DNA from: an uncultured Verrucomicrobiae bacterium | GTDB lineage: Bacteria; Verrucomicrobiota; Verrucomicrobiia; Chthoniobacterales; UBA10450 | Direction: 5' to 3' | Assembly: GCA_963815455.1 (NCBI GenBank) | Contig: CAWFGO010000003.1 | Span: forward strand, 672,001 to 736,000 | Length of the DNA: 64,000 nucleotides | Shown: one piece after another, positions 9,336 through 19,900 of the stretch | Numbering within the stretch: the stretch's first letter is position 1 | Layout: every line of letters begins with the position of its first letter | Made by a program: the position numbers and the translations under genes | The notes under the pieces: model-generated | What the model saw: only the letters and a program-made list of their open reading frames with translations | What the model was told of the DNA's origin: nothing | The model's database searches: none

Positions 9336-9776
9336 TTAATCCGGGAAGAGCCGTAGCCCGAGAAGCGCTCCCGCGCCACGCATTCGTAAATCGGTGCTGA
9401 CGAGTTCCGGCGTTCTGGCAACCAGAGCCGAGGCGAGAAGCAGGCCATCAAGTGTGCGAATCGGCACAACAGGACTCGCTCGATAACAGGCCAGGACAAT
9501 TCGATCAAGTTCATACTCAACACGTCGCTCAAATGGAACGATGTCGAAGCTCGCGGCTTCGACATCTTTCCGAAATGTTGCATAGGTCGCTTCGGCCCGA
9601 TTTGCCGGAATGGCTCGCGCTAATTCCTTGGCCCAAAATACGCGGTGCATCTCCGCCAGGGTAAGCTGGGAAATGACAGGAGTCTCAATGGAAGTCCGCA
9701 TCGTTTCGCGAAAAATACCCGAATCGCGTTCCCGAACGTAAAGCTTGATGAGAGCCGACGTGTCCCAGAAGGCCAT
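9336..9776 (-). CDS. vapC: PIN-domain VapC toxin
   Basis: FWDTSALIKLY N-terminus, IRTLDGLLLASA and VSTDLR motifs; directly downstream of an antitoxin. Confidence 0.88.
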   Translation of the reverse strand: MAFWDTSALIKLYVRERDSGIFRETMRTSIETPVISQLTLAEMHRVFWAKELARAIPANRAEATYATFRKDVEAASFDIVPFERRVEYELDRIVLACYRASPVVPIRTLDGLLLASALVARTPELVSTDLRMRGAGALLGLRLFPD

Positions 9777-9779
9777 CGG

Positions 9780-10034
9780 CTAAAATCGATCGGCGCGATC
9801 TTCGTCCTGGATTTCCTGCGCACTCTTTCCGTAGCGGCCAGTCCAATTTTCTTCCCGCACCCTATCGAGTCCTTTAAGCCATCTCTCTCTATCGGTTTTC
9901 CTTGTTCGCTTTGGCACCGGCACGAGCTTGGCTGTTTCCTTACCATGGACGGTGATCACCACTTCCTCGCCACGGCTGGCAAGCTTCACCATTTCCGAAA
10001 GCCTGGCCTTGGCCTCCCGTAAGGTCGCAGTCAT
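9780..10034 (-). CDS. Phd/YefM family antitoxin
   Basis: MTATLREAKARLSEMVKLASRGEEVVITVHGKETAKLVP; likely start ATG 10034. Confidence 0.88.
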   Translation of the reverse strand: MTATLREAKARLSEMVKLASRGEEVVITVHGKETAKLVPVPKRTRKTDRERWLKGLDRVREENWTGRYGKSAQEIQDEDRADRF

Positions 10035-10051
10035 GTAGTCATTGTAGTCAC
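10034..10051 (-). promoter_or_regulatory. Putative TA autoregulatory operator (tgtagtca direct repeat)
   Basis: tgtagtca occurs twice (10034-10041, 10043-10050) at and immediately upstream of the antitoxin start. Confidence 0.45.
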
Positions 10052-10187
10052 AAATGGTTCGGGAGGCAAGCTGCCCGCCAGCCCCGCCGGCCAACCGCCT
10101 TCAACGAAGCCTGCGGCGTTCCAACACACCGCTGTGCTACGCCGATTAACATTTTCTTTTTTCCCGGTTTGCGCAATCGTTCGCTTG

Positions 10188-11069
10188 GTGAAGCAGTCCC
10201 GATCCCGTCTCCAGGTTCAAAAGACCTATAAGCTGTATATCGGCGGGAAGTTTGTCCGCGGTGAAAATGGGCGGGTGCTTCCGGCGCTGGATGCCAAGGG
10301 CGGGATGCTGGCCAACTTCTGCCGGGCGTCGAAAAAGGATTTTCGCGATGCGGTGGTGGCGGCGCGGAAAGCGTTTGGAGACTGGTCGAAGCAAAGCGCG
10401 TATCTGCGCGGCCAGATTCTGTATCGGGCGGCGGAAATGCTGGAGATGCGCCGGGGCGAGCTGCAAGGCGAGGTCGCCCGTTTCAACGGCACGGGAGGAT
10501 CGACATCGGCATCGGAAACGACGCTGGCCGTGGATCGGCTCGTCCATTACGCGGGTTGGACCGACAAGTTTGGCCAAATCTTTAGCGCGGTGAATCCGGT
10601 GGCCAGCTCGCATTTCAATTTCACCACGCCGGAGCCGACCGGAGTGGTTGTAGTACTCTGCCCGGACGAACCGCCATTGCTTCCGTTTGTTTCGCTGGTG
10701 GCGTCGGTGATCCTGAGCGGCAATTGCGCGGTCGTTTTGCCATCGACAACGAAACCGCTGGCGGCGCTTACTTTCGCCGAGATTATTGCCACAAGCGATC
10801 TCCCGGGGGGCGTGATCAACGTTCTGGCGGGCGATCGCGCCGAACTCGCGCCGCATTTTGCCAGTCACATGGACGTGAATGCGATTGTCGATGCCAGCGG
10901 CGACGCCAAAATCGGGCGGGAATTGCAGCAAGGCGGCGCCTTGAATATGAAACGGTACGTTCGTCGCGAATTGACGCCTGCTGATTGGCGCGGACGCGAC
11001 GCGGAAAATCCGTATTGGATTCTCGACACGATCGAAATGAAAACCGCGTGGCATCCGATCGGTGTCTAA
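10188..11069 (+). CDS. Short aldehyde dehydrogenase family protein (NAD-binding part only)
   Basis: KTYKLYIGGKF, HYAGWTDK, EPTGVV, SDLPGGVINVL, C-terminal EMKTAWHPIG; ~290 aa with no visible catalytic domain; start GTG 10188 inferred. Confidence 0.85.
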   Translation: MKQSRSRLQVQKTYKLYIGGKFVRGENGRVLPALDAKGGMLANFCRASKKDFRDAVVAARKAFGDWSKQSAYLRGQILYRAAEMLEMRRGELQGEVARFNGTGGSTSASETTLAVDRLVHYAGWTDKFGQIFSAVNPVASSHFNFTTPEPTGVVVVLCPDEPPLLPFVSLVASVILSGNCAVVLPSTTKPLAALTFAEIIATSDLPGGVINVLAGDRAELAPHFASHMDVNAIVDASGDAKIGRELQQGGALNMKRYVRRELTPADWRGRDAENPYWILDTIEMKTAWHPIGV

Positions 11070-11074
11070 CCGAC

Positions 11075-12244
11075 GTGCGCGCGCTCGTTCTCGTTCTCGA
11101 CAGCGTCGGAATCGGTCACGCGCCCGATGCGGCCAAATATGGTGACGAGGGCGCGAACACTCTCGGCCACATTTTCGCACGTGTGCCGGATTTGCGTTTG
11201 CCTAATCTGGTCGCCCTGGGGCTTCCGAAGATTCTCGACGCTAATTATTCCTGGGCCCGAAAACTTTCGACTCTTCCGCATTTCGCAAGTTTTGGGCGGA
11301 TGCAGGAAAGGTCCGCGGGCAAGGATACTACGACCGGTCACTGGGAAATAGCGGGAGTGATTGTCGATCATGCCTTCGCTGTTTTCGAAAGGTTTCCCTA
11401 CGAACTGGTGCGGGCGATTGAGCGCGAGGCGGGAGTAAAATTCATTGGCAACTACGCAAAGAGTGGCACGGCGATCCTGGAAGAGCTTGGACCTGAGCAC
11501 GTCTACACCGGCGATCCGATTCTTTATACCTCGGCCGATTCCGTTCTCCAAATCGCCGCGCACGAGAAAATCATGCCGCTGGAGAAGCTCTATGAGATTT
11601 GTCAGATCGCCCGGCGTCATGCCGATAATTTCCGGATCGGTCGGGTGATTGCGCGGCCATTCACCGGCAATGGGAAATTCACGCGCACGGCGAATCGCCA
11701 CGATTTCTCGATCAAACCGCCGCGCACTGTTCTGAATGCGATCAGCGACGCCGGGATTCCGGTTCTTGGCGTCGGCAAGATTAGCGACATTTTCGACGGC
11801 GAAGGAATCACGGAATCGCATCCGACGAAGTCGAATCGAGAGGGAATGGAGAAGATCGACAAGCTCTGGTCGAACCGGCAACGCGGACTTATTTTCGCAA
11901 ACCTGGTCGACTTCGACATGCTCTACGGTCACCGGCGCGATGCCGCCGGTTACGCGAAGGCGCTCATGGAATTCGATGAGTGGCTGGGCGGCTTCATCGA
12001 CAAGGTCGCGCCGGAGGACCTCATGATAATCACGGCTGACCATGGCAACGACCCGACATTTCGCGGCACCAATCACACTCGCGAGCAAGTCCCGCTATTC
12101 GTCCTGCACAACCGCGAAATGCGCGATCTCGGGACAAGATCGACATTCGCCGACGTAGCCGCGTCGCTGGCGGAGTTTTTCGATCTTCCCAAGGCGTGGA
12201 CGGCCGGCACGGCGTTCGAGACGCTAAAGCCGGCGGCCAGGTGA
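11075..12244 (+). CDS. deoB: Phosphopentomutase
   Basis: VLDSVGIG, GKDTTTGHWE, YTSADSV, RVIARPF, NLVDFD, TADHGNDP, HTREQVP. Confidence 0.96.
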   Translation: MRALVLVLDSVGIGHAPDAAKYGDEGANTLGHIFARVPDLRLPNLVALGLPKILDANYSWARKLSTLPHFASFGRMQERSAGKDTTTGHWEIAGVIVDHAFAVFERFPYELVRAIEREAGVKFIGNYAKSGTAILEELGPEHVYTGDPILYTSADSVLQIAAHEKIMPLEKLYEICQIARRHADNFRIGRVIARPFTGNGKFTRTANRHDFSIKPPRTVLNAISDAGIPVLGVGKISDIFDGEGITESHPTKSNREGMEKIDKLWSNRQRGLIFANLVDFDMLYGHRRDAAGYAKALMEFDEWLGGFIDKVAPEDLMIITADHGNDPTFRGTNHTREQVPLFVLHNREMRDLGTRSTFADVAASLAEFFDLPKAWTAGTAFETLKPAAR

Positions 12245-12280
12245 CCGAATTCTGGCACGCATGGCGCTCCATTTATCTCG

Positions 12281-13516
12281 ATGCACGTTCCCAGTTTGAT
12301 CGAAAAGAAACGCGACGGCGGCGAGCTTTCCGCGGAGGAAATCGAATTTCTGATCGGCGAATTCACCGACGACAAGATTCCCGATTACCAGATGAGCGCA
12401 TGGGCGATGGCGGTCTTCTTTCGCGGAATGACTGCGGCAGAAACGAGCCATTTGACCGATGCGATGATGAACAGCGGGCGCGTGCTGAAGTATCCGGAGA
12501 AGTCGCCACCGAAGATCGATAAGCACTCCACCGGTGGCGTGGGCGACAAGGTTTCGCTGGTACTCGCGCCGTTGCTGGCCTGCGATGAAGTCTGGGTGCC
12601 GATGATTTCCGGGCGCGGCCTCGGGATCACCGGCGGCACGCTCGACAAACTGGAAAGCATCCCGGGATTCAACGTGAACCTGGACGAGAAACGCGCGCTC
12701 AAACAACTCGATCAGATCGGCGTGTTCATGATTGGGCAAACGGACGACATTTGTCTGGCCGACAAAAAACTTTACGCGTTACGGGATGTGACTGGCACGG
12801 TTCCGTCGCAACCGCTCATCGTGGCCAGCATCATGAGCAAGAAGCTCGCGGAAAATCTCGATCGCCTGGTGCTCGATGTGAAATTCGGCAGCGGCGCGTT
12901 CATGAAAACAAAAAAGGAGGCAGAGCAACTAGCCGCAGCGATGACCAGCGTAGGCGAATCAATGAAGGTCAAGATGTCGTGCCTTCTCAGCCCGATGGAC
13001 GAACCGCTCGGACGCGCGGTGGGCAACGCGCTCGAAGTCGCCGAGTGCATTGAGATTTTGCAAGGCGGCGGTCCCAGCGATCTGGTGAAGCTGATTCTCG
13101 ATCTTGCCGAAAAAGTTTCGCACGCTCCGCGGAGCCAGCTGCAGAAGTGGCTCAAGGACGGAACCGCTTGGAAAAAATTCATCGCACTGGTTTATGCGCA
13201 GGACGGCGACGCGACAGCGTTGGAGAAGATTCTCGATGTGCACCGTGCGCCGGTCATTCGCCCGGTGCCGGCAAACAAGAGCGGAGCGGTAAAGAAGATG
13301 GATGCCGAGCTGATCGGGCGCGCATCGGTGTTGCTCGGCGGAGGCCGTCAAAAAGCCGGTGACAAAATCGATTTTGCTGTCGGCATTTCAGGGATCAAGA
13401 AAATCGGCGAGAAAGTCGAGGCCGATGAGCCTCTTTTGATCGTTCACGCGCGGACCGATCAATCCCTTACATCGGTGATGCCAATTCTTGAAAAGGCGGC
13501 AACGGTCGGAGGTTAG
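12281..13516 (+). CDS. pdp: Thymidine/pyrimidine-nucleoside phosphorylase
   Basis: DKHSTGGVGDK, SGRGLGITGGTLDKLESIPG, ADKKLYALRDVT, SIMSKK, DVKFGSGAFMK. Confidence 0.94.
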   Translation: MHVPSLIEKKRDGGELSAEEIEFLIGEFTDDKIPDYQMSAWAMAVFFRGMTAAETSHLTDAMMNSGRVLKYPEKSPPKIDKHSTGGVGDKVSLVLAPLLACDEVWVPMISGRGLGITGGTLDKLESIPGFNVNLDEKRALKQLDQIGVFMIGQTDDICLADKKLYALRDVTGTVPSQPLIVASIMSKKLAENLDRLVLDVKFGSGAFMKTKKEAEQLAAAMTSVGESMKVKMSCLLSPMDEPLGRAVGNALEVAECIEILQGGGPSDLVKLILDLAEKVSHAPRSQLQKWLKDGTAWKKFIALVYAQDGDATALEKILDVHRAPVIRPVPANKSGAVKKMDAELIGRASVLLGGGRQKAGDKIDFAVGISGIKKIGEKVEADEPLLIVHARTDQSLTSVMPILEKAATVGG

Positions 13517-14001
13517 CCAAAATCCGGCATAATCGGCTCCGAGTCCCGCTCAATCGGCTCCAATTCCAGTTCAATCGGTTCCGGGTCCGACGCAAACGGC
13601 TCCAAGTCCAGCGCGATCGGCTCCAGGGCATGAGCCAAGGGTTCGAAATCCGCCATTGGCACAGCGGCGTTGAGAGCCGCCTCCAATCGTTCCAGGCGGA
13701 CCGGTTTCGCTAGAATGGTCAAAGCGCCGGCGTGACATGCGTCATCGACGGGCGACCAACCGGAGACGAGAATCACGCGGGCTTTGGGATCGCGGGCGAG
13801 AATATTGCGGCAAGCTGTGGCCCCGTTCAATTTGGGCATCCAGTAGTCCATTAGGACAATGTCGGGCTGATGCTTGGTGTAGGCCTGGATGGCTTCCAAG
13901 CCGGAGCCGACCACCTCGACAACCTCGTGATTGCAGCAGCCGACCAACTCTGCAAGGGAGGTGCCGACACTCTTCTGATCGTCAGCGATCAATACGCGCA
14001 T
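13513..14001 (-). CDS. Single receiver-domain response regulator with repetitive acidic tail
   Basis: VLIADD, PDIVLMD (phosphoacceptor), MPKLNG, AKP; tail of six xxEPxxx heptads. Confidence 0.88.
   Translation of the reverse strand: MRVLIADDQKSVGTSLAELVGCCNHEVVEVVGSGLEAIQAYTKHQPDIVLMDYWMPKLNGATACRNILARDPKARVILVSGWSPVDDACHAGALTILAKPVRLERLEAALNAAVPMADFEPLAHALEPIALDLEPFASDPEPIELELEPIERDSEPIMPDFG
13529..13654 (-). repeat. Six degenerate 21-bp tandem repeats in the regulator tail
   Basis: Units such as tcaatcggctccaattccagt / tcaatcggttccgggtccgac encode DFEPLAH-ALEPIAL-DLEPFAS-DPEPIEL-ELEPIER-DSEPIMP. Confidence 0.75.
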
Positions 14002-14119
14002 GCCTCACATGCAGAAGCTTTCGTGCCAATTGCGGATTCCATGCCGGCGGAATGGAATCGTGACGAGTGACGAGTTTCACTGCTTTGACTGCGAGTCGTT
14101 TCCCGAGTTGAATTCGTGG

Positions 14120-14926
14120 ATGCGTTGTCTCGTCCTGCTGTGTGGCTTTCTCGCAACAGCAAATTGTAGGGCAACAGCCGCGGGCGACGCGCCTGCCCTG
14201 CAATCGAGCGGACCGGGGTCAGCGACCCCGGCTACAGCTGTGGCCCCAGTTGCAAAGGAAGCCAAGGCCCCGGTGGATCAACTTATCCCCTGGCTGCTGG
14301 ATGAGGATCGACAATTGCGCGGGGTCCCGTTCGGCGAAGTGATTTTCGATACGACGGGGAAACGGGTGCTGCCGGTCGATCGCAACAACGAGATCGATCG
14401 GCGTATCGTAAAAGCGATTAGCGCAGCGTGCGACGAAGCGCTGAAACGATTGAACGCGCCGGACAGCGCCATTCAAAAGGTGGGACGTATCAATGAAGTG
14501 AGCAGTTATTTTGAAGGAACGCTTCGCGAGTTACTCAACGCGACGCCGGGATTGGGCTGCGACTTTCCCCGAACGGCTGACGAAAAAGTGCAGCGCTCGG
14601 GTTATCCCGATTTGCGAATTGTCGATCTCGCCAGCAAACGCGTTTTCTACCTCGATCCGAAGCTTTACGCGGCGGGCAGCCGCAACAGCAGCTTCAGAAC
14701 ATTTTACTTCGAGCCCAAGGCGGCGACGAACAAGGTGCGCGATGACGCGGTGCACTTCGTAGTCGGATTCGAACACCAGGCGCGGGAGAAGAGCGAACAC
14801 TGGAAGTTTACGCGGTGGGACCTTGTCGATCTTGCCCAGTTCCAGGTGAAGTTGAAAGCCGAGTTCCAGGGAAGCAATCGGGATATGTATCGGCCGGAAG
14901 CAGTCGTTGCCACGAGCACAAAGTAG
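14120..14926 (+). CDS. Hypothetical exported protein with PD-(D/E)XK-like motif
   Basis: Signal-like N-terminus from ATG 14120; GYPDLRI...FYLDPK pattern. Confidence 0.7.
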   Translation: MRCLVLLCGFLATANCRATAAGDAPALQSSGPGSATPATAVAPVAKEAKAPVDQLIPWLLDEDRQLRGVPFGEVIFDTTGKRVLPVDRNNEIDRRIVKAISAACDEALKRLNAPDSAIQKVGRINEVSSYFEGTLRELLNATPGLGCDFPRTADEKVQRSGYPDLRIVDLASKRVFYLDPKLYAAGSRNSSFRTFYFEPKAATNKVRDDAVHFVVGFEHQAREKSEHWKFTRWDLVDLAQFQVKLKAEFQGSNRDMYRPEAVVATSTK

Positions 14927-14934
14927 ACGTCGTC

Positions 14935-14958
14935 GGCTCGACAGAGTCTCGCCCTACC
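14935..14958 (-). repeat. GTAG-type REP
   Basis: Reverse strand ggtagggcgagactctgtcgagcc; the first 12 nt recur at 25191-25202. Confidence 0.6.
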
Positions 14959-14975
14959 GTTAAGGTGTCATCCCC

Positions 14976-16193
14976 ATGATTACCAAGCCCGTCGAGACGT
15001 TTGAGTTCGATACGATTGACGATGTGGTGAGCGAGATCGCCAAGGGCCGCATTGTGATCGTGACCGACGACGCCGATCGCGAGAACGAGGGCGATCTGGT
15101 CATGGCGGCGGAAAAAGTGACGCCGGAGGCGATCAATTTTATGGCGACGCATGGGCGCGGGTTGATTTGCGTGCCGATCTCGAACGAACGCGCGGAGCAA
15201 CTCGGGCTGCAGCGAATGGTGACGCAAAATCGCGAAACCCATCGCACGGATTTTACCGTTTCGGTCGATGCCGCGCGCGGAGTGACGACCGGCATTAGCG
15301 CCTACGATCGCGCGACTACGATTCTCGCGATCGCCAATCCGAAATCGGCCCCGGAAGATCTGAATCAGCCGGGACACGTTTTTCCATTGCGGGCCAAGGA
15401 TGGCGGAGTGTTGCGGCGGGCGGGCCATACCGAGGCAGCTGTCGATCTTGCCCGCATGGCCGGGTTGCAATCGGCCGGCGTGCTCTGCGAAATTCTGCAC
15501 GACGACGGGACCATGGCGCGGTTGCCGGAACTGATGGAATTCCGGAAGAAGCACGGGCTGCGGATTTGCACAATCCAAAACTTGATCGCGCATCGGCGCG
15601 TTCGCGAAAAGTTGGTTGAACTCGAGCAGGTCGTGAAAATGCCGACCGATTACGGCGATTTCGATTTGCATCTTTATCGTTCGGCGCTGGACGGGCAGCA
15701 CCATCTCGCGCTGGTCAAGGGGAAGATCGACAAGGACAAGCCGACGCTGGTCCGGGTGCACAGCCAATGTCTTACCGGCGACGTCTTTGGCTCGCGCCGG
15801 TGCGATTGCGGGAATCAGTTGCACGCGGCGCTCCGGCAAATCGAGCAGGAAGGCAGCGGCGTTCTGGTTTACATGCGTCAGGAAGGCCGCGGGATTGGAT
15901 TGGCGGCCAAAATTCATGCTTACAAACTGCAGGAGGAAGGGCTCGACACCGTCGAGGCGAATGCCAAGCTCGGTTTTGGAAGCGATCTGCGCGATTACGG
16001 TCTCGGCGCGCAAATTCTTTTCGATCTTGGCGTACGGCGGTTCCGTTTCCTAACTAACAATCCGAAAAAAGTGGTGGGTTTGGAAGGCTACGGCCTGGAG
16101 ATGATCGAGCAGGTGCCGATTCGCACGGAAGCGAATCCGCACAATGCCAAGTATCTCGAGACAAAAAAGGCCAAATTAGGTCACATGCTTTGA
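14976..16193 (+). CDS. ribBA: Bifunctional DHBP synthase / GTP cyclohydrolase II
   Basis: DRENEGD, PGHVFPL, RAGHTEA, VRVHSQCLTGDVFGSRRCDCG, QEGRGIG, LTNNPKK. Confidence 0.97.
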   Translation: MITKPVETFEFDTIDDVVSEIAKGRIVIVTDDADRENEGDLVMAAEKVTPEAINFMATHGRGLICVPISNERAEQLGLQRMVTQNRETHRTDFTVSVDAARGVTTGISAYDRATTILAIANPKSAPEDLNQPGHVFPLRAKDGGVLRRAGHTEAAVDLARMAGLQSAGVLCEILHDDGTMARLPELMEFRKKHGLRICTIQNLIAHRRVREKLVELEQVVKMPTDYGDFDLHLYRSALDGQHHLALVKGKIDKDKPTLVRVHSQCLTGDVFGSRRCDCGNQLHAALRQIEQEGSGVLVYMRQEGRGIGLAAKIHAYKLQEEGLDTVEANAKLGFGSDLRDYGLGAQILFDLGVRRFRFLTNNPKKVVGLEGYGLEMIEQVPIRTEANPHNAKYLETKKAKLGHML

Positions 16194-16738
16194 AGGCCAC
16201 CATTTTCCTTTGTTTGTTCGCTCTGTTACTTGCGTTCGCCGGATGCAGGAAATCCGAAATCGCGGGCGAACCGAAGATGGACGCGTGCGCACTGCTCACG
16301 AGCGGGGAAATCGAAGCCGTTCAGGGATCACCAATCACAGAGACAAAGGGCAGCGAACATTCCGAAGCGGGCCTCCACGTTTCGCAATGTTATTTCGGGA
16401 TCGAGCAGAGCAAATCGGTGAGCCTGGCGGTAACGCAGGCCGATCCCGATAGCTCCGTTAAACGAACTCCGAGAGATTACTGGCAGGAAACGTTCGAACA
16501 TCGGGCCGTGCACAAAGAAAACGACGGCGACAGTGAAGAAGAACGCGAATCGGAAACCCCGATAAAGGTCGAAGGCATAGGCGATGACGCTTACTGGATT
16601 GGAAATCGCGTAGGCGGAGCGTTGTACGTGATAAAAAATAATGCCTTTATCCGGATCAGCGTTGGCGGCGCGGACGATCAGAAAACGAAGATCGACAAGT
16701 CGAAGACGCTGGCCAAAAAAGCGCTCGAACGACTTTAG
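16190..16738 (+). CDS. Hypothetical lipoprotein
   Basis: Lipobox LAFAGC; DACALLT...VEGIGDDAYW pattern. Confidence 0.75.
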   Translation: MKATIFLCLFALLLAFAGCRKSEIAGEPKMDACALLTSGEIEAVQGSPITETKGSEHSEAGLHVSQCYFGIEQSKSVSLAVTQADPDSSVKRTPRDYWQETFEHRAVHKENDGDSEEERESETPIKVEGIGDDAYWIGNRVGGALYVIKNNAFIRISVGGADDQKTKIDKSKTLAKKALERL

Positions 16739-16755
16739 GAGACGAAGCGCAGGGT

Positions 16756-16869
16756 TGTCACCCTGAGCGGAATCGGCTCCCACGCCGTAGCTTCATGCAA
16801 AGGCGGGAAGGATCCGGTGGAGTAATCGACAACCGAGGCACGGAAGTCCTCAGCTCCGCGCGGAACGGC
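16756..16869. repeat. Degenerate GTCATCC-type element with a nested small insertion
   Basis: tgtcaccctgagcgga...gaaggatc...gaagtcctcagctccgcgcggaacggc, interrupted by ccacgccgtagcttcatgcaaaggcggg (~16780-16807). Confidence 0.55.
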
Positions 16870-16966
16870 CGTGGTTAGGGCGCCGGCTTTCAATATCAAA
16901 AATAGGCGAGGGACACGTCCGCCCGATTACTGAAGCGCGATTAGAAGGCAACCCACAATCCGCCCT

Positions 16967-19900
16967 ATGAAAACAAATTCTTCGTCAGCAGCTGCGCGCG
17001 TCCTCCTGGTGACGCCGTTCTTAATAATCAGCCTGTTTTTTTTCGCGCTCGCATTCTCGAACTTGGTGGCGGGCGATTCCGGCCGGGCGATGACCAGCAG
17101 AAATTCCCCGGACGCCGTTGTCCCGACGAACTTCAGCGGCACATTCGATCCGCATGCCTATCCCTGCGCAACGGCGCGACATCATTTCATGGTGCCGGCC
17201 GGCCAGGCCCGCATTGTTGTTCATGTCGATGCTCTCCTTCCAGCCAACGATATCACCGTAACTTTGCTATACGGTCCCGATCCGCTGCCGGTATTCGTGC
17301 AAACGGAAGACACCGGCGTGGGTTCGGAGGTCCTTACTTACTCGCCGGGAGCAGTGCCGGCGGGCGAATACCAGGTGCAGATTTGCCAGGCCGGCAATGC
17401 GGCAGTGTCGATGCCCCCGTATGATTACAACGGAGTTTTCGCTTATGACGATGCCGGAGTCGGGACGCCCCCTCCGCCGACAGGGCCTCTCACTGCAGCG
17501 CCTCAGGACCCCGGCGCGAAAGTTGGTTACGAAAATTTTGAGCCACCGGGAGTTCTGACACCGACAGTCGTCACGAGCTCCGGTGGTGTAACGGTGGAAT
17601 ATCTGGGGCGCTACGCGATCGAGCCTTCGATCGGTGCGAACTGGAACACCGGCACGATCAGTTATCAAAGCGATCTGGAGACATTATTCGTTACCTTCGA
17701 CGATTCCTGTTCGTTAATGACTCCCAAGGCGACCTGGGTCAACCGGCCGGCCAATATCTCGATCCTGGTCGATAGCGATCCGATTCTTTTTACCGATCGG
17801 CAAACCAATCGGACCTTTGCCTCGTCGCTGACGCTACTGAGTCCGAGCACGGCGAAGAATGCTTATACCGATAACGACGGCCTGAACTGGACACCGACCC
17901 AGACCGGCGGCATCGCCTCGGCGGTCGATCACCAGACAATCGGTGGCGGGCCCTTTCATGCGCCGCTGATTCCGCCGCCGCCTCCGGCCTATCAGAATGC
18001 TGTGTATTATTGCTCGCAAGACATCGCCTTTGCTTCCTGCGCGCTGAGTGTTGATGGCGGCCTTACTTATGGCCCGGCCATTCCGATGTACGCTCTTACT
18101 GCCTGCGGAGGATTGCATGGACACGTCAAGGTGGCGCCTGATGGAACGGTCTATCTCCCGAACCGCTCCTGTAGCGGAGCCCAATCCGTTGTCGTGTCGG
18201 AGGACAACGGAACAACGTGGCAAGTGCGCCCGGTCCATACGCTCACCCAAAGTGCCGCTCCATCGACAGTGGGGAGTGGTGACGACCCGGCGGTTTCCAT
18301 CGACAGCGCCGGCAAGGTTTATTTCGCGTTCTCAAACTTCGGCACCCAAGCGGGCGTTGCCGTCTCGAGCGATCATGGATTGACCTGGACCAACATGGTT
18401 GACGTTGGTGCTCCATATGGCCTCAACAACGTCTGTTTTCCAGCCGCCACTGCCGGCGATGCCGGTCGGGCAGCAGTCACGTTCTATGGCTCGGTCACGC
18501 CTAACGGCGGAGCAAATGGAAATTCCAACAACGGAACGTTCAACGGGGTGTGGCATCTCTTTGTCGCTCACACCTTCGACGGAGGATCGACATGGACAAC
18601 CACAGACGTAACCCCGACGATGCCGATGCAGCGCAGTGGTCTGTTGCGCGGCGGCGGCGCCGATGCCTGGCGGAATCTGGCAGATTTCTATGATCTCACG
18701 ACGGACAAGGATGGCCGGGTTCTCGTTGGCTACAGCAACGGATGCGCCGGTGGAAATTGTGGACAGGCGCCGGTCAATCCTGACGGCACTTCTCCAGTAA
18801 AAGGCAACGCCTATAGCTCGGTGGCATCGATTGCCCGGCAGTCGAGCGGTCGCAGGATGCTTGCCGCCCACGATCCGGGTTCGCTCACATCTGAGCCGGG
18901 AATGCCATTCGTGACTCACTTGCGAAAAGGAAACAGCGTTAGCCTGATGTGGAATCAAGCCGACACCGGAAATTCGCCGATCACCGGATATCAGATACTG
19001 CGCAGCACAACGCCCGGGACCGAAACACCGTTCGCGACCGTGACAGGCACGCAAACTGGAGGCAGTTATACCGACACCACGGCGACCGATCGGACAGTGA
19101 CGTATTATTACAAGGTTGTCGCCCAAAATGGCGTGGGCAATTCATGCCCGAATAATGAGATCGCGGCGCCCTTTATTGGCGACACCTGCACAGGCCTCAT
19201 CATTCATCGCAACGATCCGTCGCACCCGGAAAGTACCGGAGGGGGCAGTGCCGGCCAGCCTCCCACTCCACAACTTCTGATCGATTACATTGCCGTGGGC
19301 GAACCGGCCGGCACCGATAATCTCGTGTTCAAAATGAAGCTGGTCGATTTGAGCACGCTCCCGCCGAATAGCCGGTGGCGTATTTCGTGGGATTGGTACA
19401 ACCCGACCCTCGACACGCAGCTCTATTACATCGGGATGAGGACCGATGAAAACGGCGCGGTCTCGTTCGAATATGGCACGCTGGCCGATGCCGGCGTTCC
19501 AGCCGTGCTCGTGCTTGGGGAGACGATGCGCGGTCCGTGTTTGCCGGAGACCAATTACTCGAGCGACGGCACGATTACCATGTACGTTCCCCGATCGGCG
19601 GTGGGCAATCCGCAGCCGGGCGACCTGTTAGGCGCAATCGCTGGCAAGACGATCACAGGCGATACGCCGGATACCAACACATTGGAACGTTCCACCTCGT
19701 TTGTGGATCACACATTCATCAAAGGCACGGCCGACACCGCCTATCCCGCCGCGACCTACACGATCGTCGGCAACACCACCTGTCCCTCGGGCGTTATCGT
19801 ACCGGTGGGCGCGGTGTCGCGCAAAACTCACGGCAGCGCGGGCGATTGGGATATTGATCTCCCACTCACTGGCAACCCCGGCATTGAATGTCGGAAGGGC

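Noticed and set aside
14010..14032. Sigma-54 promoter for the response regulator (minus strand TGGCACGAAAGCTTC)
   Set aside because: The -24 box matches, but the invariant GC at -12 reads TC.
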